Notes: generated by a model from the sequence alone, not told the origin. Positions 9,223-19,933 are shown, counted from the whole stretch's first letter. The stretch is 63,663 bases of DNA, filler included, from Deltaproteobacteria bacterium (GCA_030698575.1; 9 parts of 9 records of this genome joined end to end with filler, not necessarily neighbours in it), one strand, 5' to 3'. Numbers and translations: made by a program.

Positions 9223-10140
9223 ATGCTTCGGACCAATGTCGACAAGCTTGTGATGATGGCAGTCCAGGGGCGGGTCGCCGCATCCATGCGGTTCGAGCCC
9301 TTCGAGGTGGACGCCGAGGGGCGCGGGCACTCGCTTCCCAGCGTTGGCGGCATCACCTACAACGTCAAGGTAGGGGATCCGGCCTTCGGCTGGGCCGGGG
9401 ACCACATCGAGCCGGCGGTCTCCGCCCTGATCGACGAAGAGAAGCGCTCCAGCCGCCTCAATCAGGCGTTCAACTTCCTCGCGTGCGTGGGCAACGAGGC
9501 GCGGGTACTCGGCGGAGACGCCAAGGGCGCGCGAGGAATCGTAACGGGGCACCATGGGGGGGTGGAGCACGTGCTGATTGACTTCGACGATGCCGCGCTC
9601 GAGAAAATGGCTGTCGCCGACAAGATTCTCATCCGCGCCTGGGGGCAGGGCCTGACGCTCACGGACTTCCCCCAGGTGAAAATCTACAATCTCGATCCAG
9701 GCGTTCTGCAGAAGATGGGCATTTCGGTTAAAAAGGGAATTCTCGAGATCCCGGTGGTTGCCAAAGTTCCCGCCGCACTCATGGGATCGGGCATCGGGCA
9801 CCCTGATCCCGGGACCGGTGACTATGACATCACGACCCAGGACCCCGGAATGGTGAAGAAGTACGGCCTCGATAAACTCCGGCTCGGCGATATCGTTGCG
9901 ATCACGGACGCCGACAACACCTACGGCCGCCACTACTTTACCGGTGCGGTCACGATCGCCGCCGTCGTTCACTCCGACTCGCATCTGTCCGGGCACGGGC
10001 CGGGCGTGACGACGCTCATCTCGGCCCGCAAGGGGCTCCGCCCCGTCATCGACCGCAGCGCGAACCTGGCAAACCTGCTCGGGATCGGGCGGCACCGGGC
10101 TCGCGACCGCGGCGCTTCACGCCGGCGGCGCGCCTCCTGA
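9223..10140 (+). CDS. DUF4438 family protein
   Basis: MLRTNVDKLV, GGITYNVKVGDPAFGWAGDHIEP, GHHGGVEH and HSDSHLSGHGPGV. Confidence 0.8.
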   Translation: MLRTNVDKLVMMAVQGRVAASMRFEPFEVDAEGRGHSLPSVGGITYNVKVGDPAFGWAGDHIEPAVSALIDEEKRSSRLNQAFNFLACVGNEARVLGGDAKGARGIVTGHHGGVEHVLIDFDDAALEKMAVADKILIRAWGQGLTLTDFPQVKIYNLDPGVLQKMGISVKKGILEIPVVAKVPAALMGSGIGHPDPGTGDYDITTQDPGMVKKYGLDKLRLGDIVAITDADNTYGRHYFTGAVTIAAVVHSDSHLSGHGPGVTTLISARKGLRPVIDRSANLANLLGIGRHRARDRGASRRRRAS

Positions 10141-10158
10141 CTGGAAGGCGGACCGGCC

Positions 10159-10761
10159 ATGCGAGTAGCCATTTTTGTCTTTCCCGAATTGACCGAGCTG
10201 GATGCGATCGGTGTCTTCGATCCGCTGGCGCGCGTTTCGGCCATGGGGATCGATGGCAACTGCACCGTCAAGCTGGTTGGCACCGAGGAAGTCGTGACGG
10301 GACATTTTGGCGCCTCGCTCCAGGTTGGCGCGGTCTTTCCCCGCCTCGACCGATTCGATCTTCTCGTTATTCCGGGGGGCTTCGGGACACGCGCACTCCA
10401 GAAGGAAATCAAGGTCATCGAGTATCTGCGATCCTGGGGCTCCGTGAAGCCGGTGGCCACCGTTTGCACGGGGGCCCTGCTGGCGGCTGCGGCTGGATTT
10501 CTGCGGGGAAAGCGGGCGACCACTCACCGGGCTGCATTCGAGGAACTGGCGGCCTATGGCGTGGAGGTGGCCGATGAGCGAATTGTGGAGGACGGTCGCG
10601 TGATCTCGGCCGGCGGGGTGACCTCCGCCCTCGACCTGGGCCTGTACCTGGTCGAGAAGCACTGGGGGGCCGACGCGAGGCGTCGCATCGCCGCCCAGAT
10701 GGAATACACGGACAACGGTCCAAGGCCCGCGCCGGCGCCTTCCCAGGATCCGGCGAACTGA
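10159..10761 (+). CDS. DJ-1/PfpI family protein
   Basis: ELDAIG, IPGGFG, VCTGALL, ATTH and AGGVTSALD. Confidence 0.92.
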   Translation: MRVAIFVFPELTELDAIGVFDPLARVSAMGIDGNCTVKLVGTEEVVTGHFGASLQVGAVFPRLDRFDLLVIPGGFGTRALQKEIKVIEYLRSWGSVKPVATVCTGALLAAAAGFLRGKRATTHRAAFEELAAYGVEVADERIVEDGRVISAGGVTSALDLGLYLVEKHWGADARRRIAAQMEYTDNGPRPAPAPSQDPAN

Positions 10762-10824
10762 TCGCGCCCTGCGGCCGACCCGGCAGGGGGCCGGCTGCGG
10801 GGTTCGGGATCAAAGGAGTGAGGC

Positions 10825-11625
10825 ATGAGCGAAGTAGCGAAAACGGCCTTCGAGGACCTCCTCTACGAGAAAAAGGGAGGCGTCGCGCGCATCACGATCA
10901 ACAGGCCGGAGCGGCGCAACGCGTTCCGGGCCAGAACGGTCGACGAGCTGATCGCCGCTTTTCAGAATGCCTGGGACGATCGCACCGTCGGCGTGGTGGT
11001 GCTGACCGGGGCAGGCGACCGGGCTTTCTGCTCGGGAGGTGACCAGAAGGAGCGTGAAGGGTCCGACTACGGGGGAATGCGGGGCGGCGCGGTGGAACTC
11101 CTCCATGCCATGATTCGCAATATCCCGAAGCCCGTGATCGCGGCGGTCAACGGATTCGCAATCGGCGGGGGGCACGTGCTGCAGGTCCTGTGCGATCTGA
11201 CGATCGCGAGCGAGACGGCGGTCCTCGGCCAGGTCGGCCCCCGGGTTGGGAGCGTGGATCCGGGTTATGGAACGGCCTATCTGTCGCGGATCGTGGGGGA
11301 GAAGAAGGCGCGGGAGATCTGGATGCTCTGCCGCCAGTACACGGCCCGGGAGGCTCTGGACATGGGGCTGGTGAACCGCGTCGTACCTCCCGGGGAACTC
11401 GACGCCGAGGTCGACACCTGGTGCCGCGAGCTGCTCGAGAAGAGCCCCACCGCCCTCGCGCTGGTCAAGTCTTCCATGAACGCGGATACCGAAGCCATCG
11501 CGGGCATCGGGAAGCTCGGCTTCCAGGCCCTGCATCTCTTCTACGGCACCGAGGAGGCGGCCGAGGGGAAGAACGCTTTCGTCGAGAAGCGGCCCGTAGA
11601 TTTTTCCAGGTTCCGTGGAAACTGA
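10825..11625 (+). CDS. Crotonase-family ring hydrolase, BadI (2-ketocyclohexanecarboxyl-CoA hydrolase)/MenB-like
   Basis: FCSGGDQK, AIGGGHVL, GQVGPRVGSVDPGYG and GEKKAREIW. Confidence 0.8.
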   Translation: MSEVAKTAFEDLLYEKKGGVARITINRPERRNAFRARTVDELIAAFQNAWDDRTVGVVVLTGAGDRAFCSGGDQKEREGSDYGGMRGGAVELLHAMIRNIPKPVIAAVNGFAIGGGHVLQVLCDLTIASETAVLGQVGPRVGSVDPGYGTAYLSRIVGEKKAREIWMLCRQYTAREALDMGLVNRVVPPGELDAEVDTWCRELLEKSPTALALVKSSMNADTEAIAGIGKLGFQALHLFYGTEEAAEGKNAFVEKRPVDFSRFRGN

Positions 11626-11764
11626 CCTGGCTCGCCGGAAGCGGCCGTGAGATCGGGTTCCGCGTGGGGGGTGAATATGCCAGGACCCGCGCGCGTCGAG
11701 CCCCTGGCTGCGCTCACGGATGGGCGCGAGCTCGCCGAGGCGGCAACAGTTTCCGGCCCCCTTA

Positions 11765-11793
11765 TTGACCGGAATGCCGGGTCAAGGTAAAAA
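11765..11793 (+). promoter_or_regulatory. sigma70 promoter overlapped by an inverted repeat (candidate operator)
   Basis: TTGACC-17nt-TAAAAT. Inverted repeat TTGACC..GGTCAA at 11765-11785. Confidence 0.6.
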
Positions 11794-11872
11794 TAGCAGG
11801 CCCTTAGCGGCCCGGGCGGCGCTCGATCTTCGGCAGACGATGCGGCCGGCTCCGGATAGGAGGATAGAACCG

Positions 11873-12421
11873 GTGAAGAAATCGACTCGGATTCCCATGG
11901 CAATCATCGTTAGCCTCATCCTGGCCGTCTCTGCGGTTGTGGTTGAGCCAGAGACGGCGGTGGCAGGGGACAAAGGGATCATTTTCGGACGGCTCAATGA
12001 CAAGGTGATGGGTGACAGCTGGAACGGCGAAGGCGAGCTCGTTGTCGTCGTGGGCGACGACGAGAAGAACCAGAAGAAGTTCAAGATGTGCAAGGACGGC
12101 TACGTCGCCGCCGAGGTCGATGCCGGCCTTGTCAAGCTGAGCACCATCGATAACAAGAAGGAAAAGGACAAGGAGAAGCGGGAGGCGTTCCTCAACCAGC
12201 CCATACTGAAGGTCGCTTCGGGGCAGGCGGTGTACTGGGGAGACGTTAAAATCGGCTTCGACTATGGTTCGCTCACCTTCCGTTCGGAAGACAAGCTGGA
12301 TGCGGCGAAGGCCGCCGTCGTGGCTTGTCTGACAGAAATGGGGGAGACGGAACTCGCAGGCAAGATGGGGGCCGCTGCGGCAGACAAGCAGTTTGTCTTC
12401 ATCGGGATGGCCGATCGCTGA
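11873..12421 (+). CDS. Hypothetical secreted protein
   Basis: AGGAGG RBS before GTG, then a basic + hydrophobic signal peptide. Has its own promoter and terminator. Confidence 0.7.
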   Translation: MKKSTRIPMAIIVSLILAVSAVVVEPETAVAGDKGIIFGRLNDKVMGDSWNGEGELVVVVGDDEKNQKKFKMCKDGYVAAEVDAGLVKLSTIDNKKEKDKEKREAFLNQPILKVASGQAVYWGDVKIGFDYGSLTFRSEDKLDAAKAAVVACLTEMGETELAGKMGAAAADKQFVFIGMADR

Positions 12422-12473
12422 CAGGACGTCACCGGCGTCGTGCGACGGAAACGAGCAACGGCGTTGAGAAACG

Positions 12474-12505
12474 AGGCCCCCGCCATGCGGCGGGGGCCTT
12501 TTTTT
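12474..12505 (+). terminator. Rho-independent terminator
   Basis: AGGCCCCCGCC-atgc-GGCGGGGGCCT followed by a T-run. Confidence 0.85.
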
Positions 12506-12506
12506 A

Positions 12507-14225
12507 TCAGGCGTCCTGCTGAACCGGGGGCGGCCGGCGCACCCGGAACTGGCGCAGGCGGTTGAGGGCGGCGGCGATGTCGATCGCGCGGGGGAGCGCG
12601 AGATCTCCCACGGGGAAGGGGGTCAGCACGTCGAGCCCCCGACGCTCGATCTCGCCGGCGGTGGCCTCGACGGCCTGCCTGATCGAATCCGAGCTGCGGA
12701 GATGTTTCACCGCCATCAAGTGAATCGCCCAACCAATGGCACGCGTCTGCGGCGCCTCTTCGAGCTGCTCCAGCGCCGACAGATCGACGACTTCCTTCCC
12801 GTACAGGAGCGTGTTCCGCCCACGGACATCGATGCGCACCTCCCGCCGTCCCTTCTCGGGGCGAAGGCTTCCGGGATCGGGGCAGCGGGGCGTGACGCCG
12901 CCGAAGCCCCGGTGGGCCCGCGGCTGGCGCCCGGTGGGGAGGACCCTGGCCACCTCGGCGGCGCGCGCCGTCACATCCTCGGCGCGGAAGCCGTCCATGA
13001 GAATCACGCGGTCGGCCAGATCCAGGTAGTCGCCGGAACCTCCCATCACCAGGATGCTGCTCACGCCCCGTCCCTCGAACAGCGGCCGCACCCTGTCCAC
13101 GAAGGGCGTGATGGGCTCGATCTCATCGGGAACGAGCGCCTGCATGCGCGCGTCACGCACCATGAAATTGGTCGCGCAGGTATCCTCGTCAAGAAGCAGC
13201 AGGCGCGAGCCCATCTCGATCGACTCGAGGATCGATGCCGCCTGGCTGGTCGATCCGCTGGCGTTCTGCGTCGAAAAATCGGCAGTGTCGTCGACGCCGG
13301 GCACCACGCCAAGAAAGGGGGAAAGGTCCACACCCGCGATGCTGCGGTTGCTCTCCGCCCGCACCTTCACGGCGTCGCGGAGCGTGACTACAAGCTCCCG
13401 CCCGTCGCCGGGAATGTGATCGCTCACGCCGCGGGCGATGGCGTTCAGCAGCGTAGTCTTCCCGTGGAACCCGCCTCCGACGATGAGCGTTACCCCGCGG
13501 GAGATCCCCATGCCGCGGACGGATCTCCCGCCCGGAAGCGGGATCTCGACCGCGAGCGAGGCGGGTGACTGAAAAGGGACGGCCCCGGCGACCAGCGGGC
13601 GGTCGTCCACGCCACTGCGGCGGGGGAGAATGGCGTTGTTCGCCACGAATGCGACGAGGCCCCGATCCTCGAGGGCGGCGCGCAGCGCCAGGCGGTCGTC
13701 GGCGGAGCGAATCCACGCCTCGAGTGCCTCGGGGGCGTGGGCCTTCGCCAGAAGAGAGGACTCCAGTGCCTCGGGAAGGCGATCGCAGAGCAGCGCCGTC
13801 GCCTCACGCCCCAGAATACGGCGCCCTTTCGCGGGGAGTCCCAGCGTAAGGCGCGCCTCCAGGGTGTCCTCTTCGAGCATAACGGCCGTGCGGGGGATGA
13901 TGGTCTGCGCTCCGGCGCTCATGGAGAAGGTGCCCCTGGCGCCCTCCTTCCCTCCCTTGCCCACCCCCAGAGCTTCGGCAAGCCGGCGGGCGAGGAGGTC
14001 GGCCAGCGCTACCCGCCGGGCCGGTTTGTCGCGGAGCGCCGCCGGGAAGTCCGCTACCCGCCCCTGGATCTGGACCCGTAGCCTGGTGGGAGGGGCGAAG
14101 GGATCGGGCTGGACGTGCTCGATGAACAGTTTGAAAAACGCCCCGCGGTAGTGGCCCTGGATGTCCTCGTAGGCCTTGTAGCCACGGCCGTCTATCCGCT
14201 TGAGTGTCGCCCGCAGTCGATCCAC
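12507..14225 (-). CDS. Predicted ATPase of the ABC class (ABC_ATPase family)
   Basis: IDGRGYKAY, HVQPDPFAPP, Walker A GGGFHGKT, ASGSTSQA and Walker B LLLDEDTCATNF. Confidence 0.88.
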   Translation of the reverse strand: MDRLRATLKRIDGRGYKAYEDIQGHYRGAFFKLFIEHVQPDPFAPPTRLRVQIQGRVADFPAALRDKPARRVALADLLARRLAEALGVGKGGKEGARGTFSMSAGAQTIIPRTAVMLEEDTLEARLTLGLPAKGRRILGREATALLCDRLPEALESSLLAKAHAPEALEAWIRSADDRLALRAALEDRGLVAFVANNAILPRRSGVDDRPLVAGAVPFQSPASLAVEIPLPGGRSVRGMGISRGVTLIVGGGFHGKTTLLNAIARGVSDHIPGDGRELVVTLRDAVKVRAESNRSIAGVDLSPFLGVVPGVDDTADFSTQNASGSTSQAASILESIEMGSRLLLLDEDTCATNFMVRDARMQALVPDEIEPITPFVDRVRPLFEGRGVSSILVMGGSGDYLDLADRVILMDGFRAEDVTARAAEVARVLPTGRQPRAHRGFGGVTPRCPDPGSLRPEKGRREVRIDVRGRNTLLYGKEVVDLSALEQLEEAPQTRAIGWAIHLMAVKHLRSSDSIRQAVEATAGEIERRGLDVLTPFPVGDLALPRAIDIAAALNRLRQFRVRRPPPVQQDA

Positions 14226-14384
14226 CGGCCATCCCTTTCTTCGCGCGTTCGTTCCAGGGCAGCAGGGGCGTGCCCGGCGCGAAACCTAGCCCTCCCGAGC
14301 CGGGGTGTCAAAGCGCCAGGATCCCCGCCGGAACGGGCCGCGTTGCGTGATTGAAAAGTAAGCCCGCGGGTGGATAATGGGGCC

Positions 14385-15853
14385 ATGGCACGCGCCACCC
14401 GATCCCATCCCCGCCCCCTCCGCCGAGAACGGGACAGCCTTGGCACCGTCATGGTACCCCGCGATGCGTACTATGGCGCGCAAACCGCGCGGGCCGTTTC
14501 GAACTTTCCGATCAGCGGCCTCAGGGCGCACACGGAGCTCATCCGGGCCTACGCCCGTGTGAAGCTGGCTGCTGCGGAGGTCAATCGCCAGCTGGGGCTG
14601 CTACCCGCCGGCATTGCCCGGAAGATCGGGCGCGCCGCCCGCGAAGTGATTGATGGACGGCACGACGATCAGTTCGTCGTCGACGTCTTCCAGGCGGGGG
14701 CGGGGACCTCCTTTCATATGAATGTGAACGAAGTCATCGCGAACCGTGCCGCCGAGTTGCTCAAGCTTCCCAGGGGGGATTACGCGCGAATTCACCCGAA
14801 CGATCACGTTAACCTCGGGCAGTCGACGAACGATACTTTCCCGACCGCCATGCGCATGGCTTCCCGGTCGCTGCTCGAAGCGTTGCTGGGCGAGATCGAC
14901 CTCCTGGCCCTTTCGCTGCGCCGCAAGGGTCGGGAGTTCGATCGCGTGCTCAAGTCCGGCCGTACGCATCTGCAGGATGCGGTGCCCGTGCGGCTCGGCC
15001 AGGAGTTCACCGCCTACGGTGAAGCGGTGGCGCGGGCCGGTCGCATGCTCCGTCGAGCGGCCGGGGAGCTCGAGGAACTGCCCATCGGGGGAACCGCCAC
15101 GGGCACGGGGCTCAACGCCGACCCACGGTACAGGGCACGGGTGGTGGCGGCTCTCTCGGCCCTCACCGGTTTCAGGTTCAGGTCCTGCGCCGATCTCCGG
15201 GAAGGAATGCAGAGCCAGCAGGCGATGGCTCATCTGAGCGGCGCCCTCCGGAATCTGGCGCTCGAGCTTGGGCGCATCGCAAACGATCTCCGCCTTCTTT
15301 CCTCGGGACCCTTTACCGGGCTCTCGGAGATTCGCCTGCCCCCGGTCCAGCCGGGTAGCTCGATCATGCCGGGCAAGGTGAATCCCGTGATGGCCGAGAT
15401 GCTCAACATGGTGTGCTTCCAGGTCATGGGCAACGATCTCACGATGGCGATGGCCGTTCAGGCCGGGCAGCTCGAACTGAACGTGATGATGCCGATCATG
15501 GCGCACAGCGCGCTCCAGTCGATGGAGATCCTCAAGAACGGCTGCCGGGAGTTCCGCCTGCGCTGCGTCGACGGCATCGAGGCGGATGCAGAGACGTGCC
15601 TCGAGTACGCAATGCGCAGCGCCGGGCTCGCCGCGGCGCTGAACCCGGCGATTGGCTATGCTGCGGCCGCGGAGGTGGCCAGGGAGGCAGCCGCAACAGG
15701 TCGCTCTATCGCGGAGGTGGTTCGAGTACGGGGGATCCTGAAAGAAGAAACCCTCTTGCAGGTCCTCGATCCGCTTGGCATGACCGAACCGGGAATCCCC
15801 GGCCGGCGGAAAATGGGAGCGAAGGGCGCCGCGAGAAGAAAGCGAAGGACCTA
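14385..15853 (+). CDS. aspA: Aspartate ammonia-lyase (class II fumarase/aspartase superfamily)
   Basis: YYGAQTARA, QAGAGTSFHMN, QSTNDTFPTA, KSGRTHLQDAVP and GSSIMPGKVNPV. The contig ends at TA of a probable stop codon. Confidence 0.8.
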
Positions 15854-15953
15854 NNNNNNNNNNNNNNNNNNNNNNNNNNNNNNNNNNNNNNNNNNNNTTA
15901 ATTAATTAANNNNNNNNNNNNNNNNNNNNNNNNNNNNNNNNNNNNNNNNNNNN
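15854..15953. other. Artificial contig spacer (N + TTAATTAATTAA)
   Basis: Identical 100-nt spacers also lie at 19204-19303, 23145-23244, 29072-29171, 32930-33029, 39770-39869, 42696-42795 and 57810-57909. Confidence 0.98.
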
Positions 15954-17057
15954 CCGACTCCCTGGTGGGAAGATGCAAGCATCCCGGCGGCTCCCGACCG
16001 AGCGGAGGCGTCTGGGGACATCGAAGCGCCCGGCCCTGTTCCGACCTTCGCTGAGCCGGAAGCAGCTGAGCCGGAAGCAGCCGAGCCGGAAGCAGCCGAG
16101 CCGGACACAGCCGAGCCGGACACAGCCGATTCGATCGTTTATCACGAGGCCGTTCCGGACTCGATACCGCTTCTTGATCTCCCCTCCGATTCCGATTCGC
16201 CGGAGGACGAACTCACTCTCGATCTCGAGCCGGTCGGCCCGGGCGCTTCCGGCCCCGCTGATACTTTTGCCGAGGCGCTCGTGGAGACGGCGCCGAATCT
16301 GACGGAGGCCGACAGTATCTGGGAGGAACAGTCGGGTCCGGAAGTGGATACCGAGCCGCCGGATTTCGGGCCGGCCGAGGTCATGTCAGACAACATGTTA
16401 GACAACATGGAAGCGGACCCTTCCGGGGTCGTATTGCTCGAGGATGAGCTGCCCGAGATCGAGGCGGACGACGAGGTGACCGTCGAGGAGGGCGCTGCGG
16501 GAGAATTTGCGCATGACGCAGTCTGGTCCCTCGACGATGCGGACCTGACGGGAGGCGTCCGCGCCGGGGACGTGGGATTCGAAATGGACCTGGATCATGA
16601 GCCGGCCGATATGGGCCTCGCGGACGCGGCCCTCGGGCCGCTCTCCCAGCTGCTCGACGAGCTCGACATTGCGACGTCCTCGCTGGCGCCCGAGGCGAGG
16701 GAAGCCGTCCCGCTGGAGCCTCACGAACTGGCGCCTGAACCTCCCGAGGTGGCGATAGTCCGGCCGCGGGAACTGCCTGATGAGACCGTCCCCCTTGACG
16801 GGCGGGTGGAGGAACTTGCCGATCAGTACGTCAGTCTGGGCTATCCCGACCGTGCCCGTGCCCTCTTGCGCTCTCTCCTGGAGGGGAATCCGGCGAACCT
16901 CTCCGCAAAGAGAAAACTGCGCGAGATGGGGAGCGCGGGCCGGGACGTCGCGCGCGCTCCGTCGGCGGGCGATCAATCGGTTCGTCGGAAGGTCGAAGAG
17001 AACATCGATGTGCTGAATCGCTGGCTTGCCAACATTCGAAAAGGAGCAGCCCGATGA
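15954..17057 (+). CDS. Acidic low-complexity protein with C-terminal TPR-like helix pair (5'-partial)
   Basis: The frame is open from the contig start. Contains ELADQYVSLGYPDRARALLRSLLEGNPAN and C-terminal LNRWLANIRK. Confidence 0.7.
   Translation, partial: PTPWWEDASIPAAPDRAEASGDIEAPGPVPTFAEPEAAEPEAAEPEAAEPDTAEPDTADSIVYHEAVPDSIPLLDLPSDSDSPEDELTLDLEPVGPGASGPADTFAEALVETAPNLTEADSIWEEQSGPEVDTEPPDFGPAEVMSDNMLDNMEADPSGVVLLEDELPEIEADDEVTVEEGAAGEFAHDAVWSLDDADLTGGVRAGDVGFEMDLDHEPADMGLADAALGPLSQLLDELDIATSSLAPEAREAVPLEPHELAPEPPEVAIVRPRELPDETVPLDGRVEELADQYVSLGYPDRARALLRSLLEGNPANLSAKRKLREMGSAGRDVARAPSAGDQSVRRKVEENIDVLNRWLANIRKGAAR
16050..16129 (+). repeat. 15-bp in-frame tandem repeat (AEPEA/AEPDT x5)
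   Basis: gcYgagccggaagca three times, then gccgagccggacaca twice. Confidence 0.9.
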
Positions 17058-17413
17058 TGTTCCGAGAGATCCTGGAAGAGGTCGTCGAGAACGCGGGCGG
17101 CGGCGTAGCCGCCGTCATCATGGGAATGGACGGAATCGCGATCGACGAGTACATCGCGCGTGAGGTGAAGGTTGACGTTCAGGCAGTGGGCGTCGAATAC
17201 TCGAAAACGCTTCAGGAGATCAGAAAGATCTGCGGTTCTCTTGACGCCGGCAACCTGAACGAGGTTACGATCAGCACCGCCCGCAACGTCATCGTGATAA
17301 AAGTCGTAAACGAGGAGTACTTCGTGGTGCTCGTGCTTGCGGCGGACGGAAACTTCGGAAAGGGCCGTTACCTTCTACGCAAGTGCATCACGCGCCTGAG
17401 GGAGGAACTCTGA
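17054..17413 (+). CDS. mglC: Roadblock/LC7 protein, MglC-like
   Basis: MGMDGIAID...VEY...[21 protein letters not shown]...EL closely matches Myxococcus MglC as recalled. Confidence 0.7.
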   Translation: MMFREILEEVVENAGGGVAAVIMGMDGIAIDEYIAREVKVDVQAVGVEYSKTLQEIRKICGSLDAGNLNEVTISTARNVIVIKVVNEEYFVVLVLAADGNFGKGRYLLRKCITRLREEL

Positions 17414-17414
17414 C

Positions 17415-17885
17415 GTGGCGCGAGTGAAAGCGGCGGCCAAACGGCCCAGGATACTCGTAGTGCACGGACCCAATCTGAATCTCGTCGGCACCCGGGAACC
17501 GGAGATCTACGGCCGCATGACCTTCAGCCAAATCAACCGCCTGCTCCGGGAAGAGGCGAAGAAGCTCGGCTCCGAGCTGACGATCTACCAGTCCAACCAC
17601 GAGGGCGAAATCATCGATCGCCTGCAGGCTGCCGCCGGCAAGGCGGATGGCCTTCTGATCAACCCCGGTGCGCTGACCCACACTAGTCTCGCGCTCCGCG
17701 ACGCAATCGAGGCCCTCAAGCTGCCCGCCGTCGAGGTTCATCTTTCCAACCTGCACAAGCGGGAGCCTTTCCGTCACGTTTCCTACACGGCCTCCGTCTG
17801 CCGGGGCCAGATCACGGGCTTCGGCTACCGGAGCTACCTCCTCGGACTCATCGCGCTCCTCGCTATACTTCGTGACGGTGCCTGA
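17415..17885 (+). CDS. aroQ: Type II 3-dehydroquinate dehydratase
   Basis: [36 protein letters not shown] and [15 protein letters not shown]. Confidence 0.96.
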   Translation: MARVKAAAKRPRILVVHGPNLNLVGTREPEIYGRMTFSQINRLLREEAKKLGSELTIYQSNHEGEIIDRLQAAAGKADGLLINPGALTHTSLALRDAIEALKLPAVEVHLSNLHKREPFRHVSYTASVCRGQITGFGYRSYLLGLIALLAILRDGA

Positions 17886-18169
17886 GGATTTCCAGCCGCA
17901 TCGGAACCCTTCTAACCAGCCGTTATTCTTGACGAAATGTCCCCTCCGTAGGGTTTCCACTCTCAAGGCATCGCCCCTGTCGGCCGATAAGCCTGAAACG
18001 GGCGTCCCTGCCGGCTCCGGGCCGTGGGCCGATTGCCCGGACCGCGGCCATGTCCCGCTCCCTGCGGGGCGCAGGGTGATCCTGCATCCGTTGATCTCCG
18101 AGCGGATCTACCGGCGGAGTTTCCACCCGAACCGCACCGTCGCGCGTCACCGTTCCGGAAGGGCCTGAA

Positions 18170-19203
18170 ATGTCGAGCGCCAACAAGAGCAAATTCCTGG
18201 AGTCGGCGCAGAAGCAGATCTCCAAGGGGAATCTCGACAAGGCGCTCAAGGAATATCAGAAAATTCTCAAGTCGGATCCGTCCGACACCAGCGTCCGCCT
18301 CAAGGCCGGTGATCTTTGCGAGCGCATGGGGGACCGGGCGCAGGCTCTCGCGGAATACCGGCGGGTGGCCTCCACGTTCACTTCCCAGGGCTTCTACTCC
18401 AAGGCCGTCGCGGTACTGAAGCGCATCCAGAAAGCCGATCCCGATCAGATCGAAATCCATCTTGAACTTGCTGAACTGAACGAAAAGCTCGGACTGCTTT
18501 CCGAGGTGGTCCACCACTATCAGCTTGCCGCGAATGTCCATGATCGAAAGGGTGAGAAGCGCGCCGCCATAGACATCCTCAAGAAGGTGAGCGAGGTCGG
18601 CCAGTCGAACCTCGAGCGGAAGTTGAAGGTCGCCGAGCTTTATTTCAAGGAAGGATTCCCGGAGGCCGGCTACGAACAGTTTATCCATGCGACGTCTGAA
18701 CTTGATGAGCAGTCGCCGGACCTGGTCGAAATCGCCATCCGGATGTGCAAGGCCAGCCCTGAGGACACCCAGCTCATCCAGCGCCTCGGCGAGATCCACC
18801 TGACGCAGGGAGATCCGAAGCGCGCGATCGAGCTTTTCCAGCAGGCGCGCGAAATCGCGGTCGAACCCCGCACGCTCGAGCTCATGGCGAAGGCGAAGCT
18901 TCAGATCGAACTGCCGGGCGAGGCGAAGACGCTCTTCGAGAAGGCCGCGGCCCTCTACGAGTCGAGCGGAGACAAGCGGTTGGCGCGGGATGCCAGCGCG
19001 CGCGCGACGGAGCTTGCCGAGCAGGCGCTGGACGCACCGGCGCCCTTTGGCGAGAAGAGCGTGGGTCAGGAAGCGCCGGCGGATGAACCAGTGCAGGCTG
19101 GGGAAACAGCCGGGGACGCCATCCCGGAGATCGACGCCGCGCTCGATGAACTGCCTCCGACAGACGAGGAGGGCTCAGTCGGCGCTTCTCAGGAAGAAAG
19201 CGA
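18170..19203 (+). CDS. Multi-TPR protein, SgmX-like (3'-partial)
   Basis: KGNLDKALKEYQKIL..DP.D, GFYSKAVAV and LELAELNEKLGL resemble the N-terminus of Myxococcus SgmX. Lies near mglC. Confidence 0.7.
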
Positions 19204-19304
19204 NNNNNNNNNNNNNNNNNNNNNNNNNNNNNNNNNNNNNNNNNNNNTTAATTAATTAANNNNNNNNNNNNNNNNNNNNNNNNNNNNNNNNNNNNNNNNN
19301 NNNC

Positions 19305-19436
19305 CGCTTCAACCGGCCCGACACGCTGCTCGAGGGATGCATCACGTCGAACCGGAAACTTATCTCCCCGCTGCTCGAGCTGCTTGCGCGCGAGCAGGAA
19401 GCGTGGCGCAGGGAGAAGGAAGCGCAAGGCGACTGA
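19305..19436 (+). CDS. C-terminal fragment of a CDS (possibly CysQ/inositol monophosphatase family)
   Basis: RFNRPDTLLEGCITSN...*. The stop lies 3 nt before the next ATG. Confidence 0.35.
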   Translation, partial: RFNRPDTLLEGCITSNRKLISPLLELLAREQEAWRREKEAQGD

Positions 19437-19439
19437 ACC

Positions 19440-19853
19440 ATGGATGAGCGATACGAGGCCTACCTGAGCCGTTTCCAGCTCGACAACCCCTGGGCCCGCC
19501 ACTTCAACGTCCGCATCGAGAAGATGGAGCCCGGCTTCGCGCGGCTCGTCATGCCCTTCATTCCCGACTTCTGCCACGGCCTCAAGGTCGTCCAGGGCGG
19601 CATCGTGACCTCCATCGCCGACGCCGCCGTGGCCCACGCCATCATGCCGATGCTCGACGCGGGCCAGGCCTGCACGACGGTCGAGCTGAAGATCAATTTC
19701 CTCGCCCCCGTGACCAGTGAAGACATGATCGCCGAGGCGCGCGTCGTGAAAAAGGGGCGTCAGATCGTCCTGGGCGAGGCCGACGTCCGGAGTCCCGAGG
19801 GAAAGCACTTCGCCCGCGTCCTCACCACCTATATGATTATCCCCGGCCTCTGA
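19440..19853 (+). CDS. PaaI family thioesterase
   Basis: VQGGIVTSIADAA and TTVELKINFLAP hot-dog motifs. Confidence 0.9.
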   Translation: MDERYEAYLSRFQLDNPWARHFNVRIEKMEPGFARLVMPFIPDFCHGLKVVQGGIVTSIADAAVAHAIMPMLDAGQACTTVELKINFLAPVTSEDMIAEARVVKKGRQIVLGEADVRSPEGKHFARVLTTYMIIPGL

Positions 19854-19933
19854 CCCCCCCCCTGTCTCCGCGCCGCGACCCGCCCGCGGCCCCGTTTGCG
19901 CACCGACCGGCGCCTTTCCTATAATGAGCGGCT

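Noticed and set aside
16050-16129. Short tandem repeats (also 7746-7788 and 44941-44990) as possible CRISPR arrays
   Set aside because: No unique spacers, units too short, and no cas genes.
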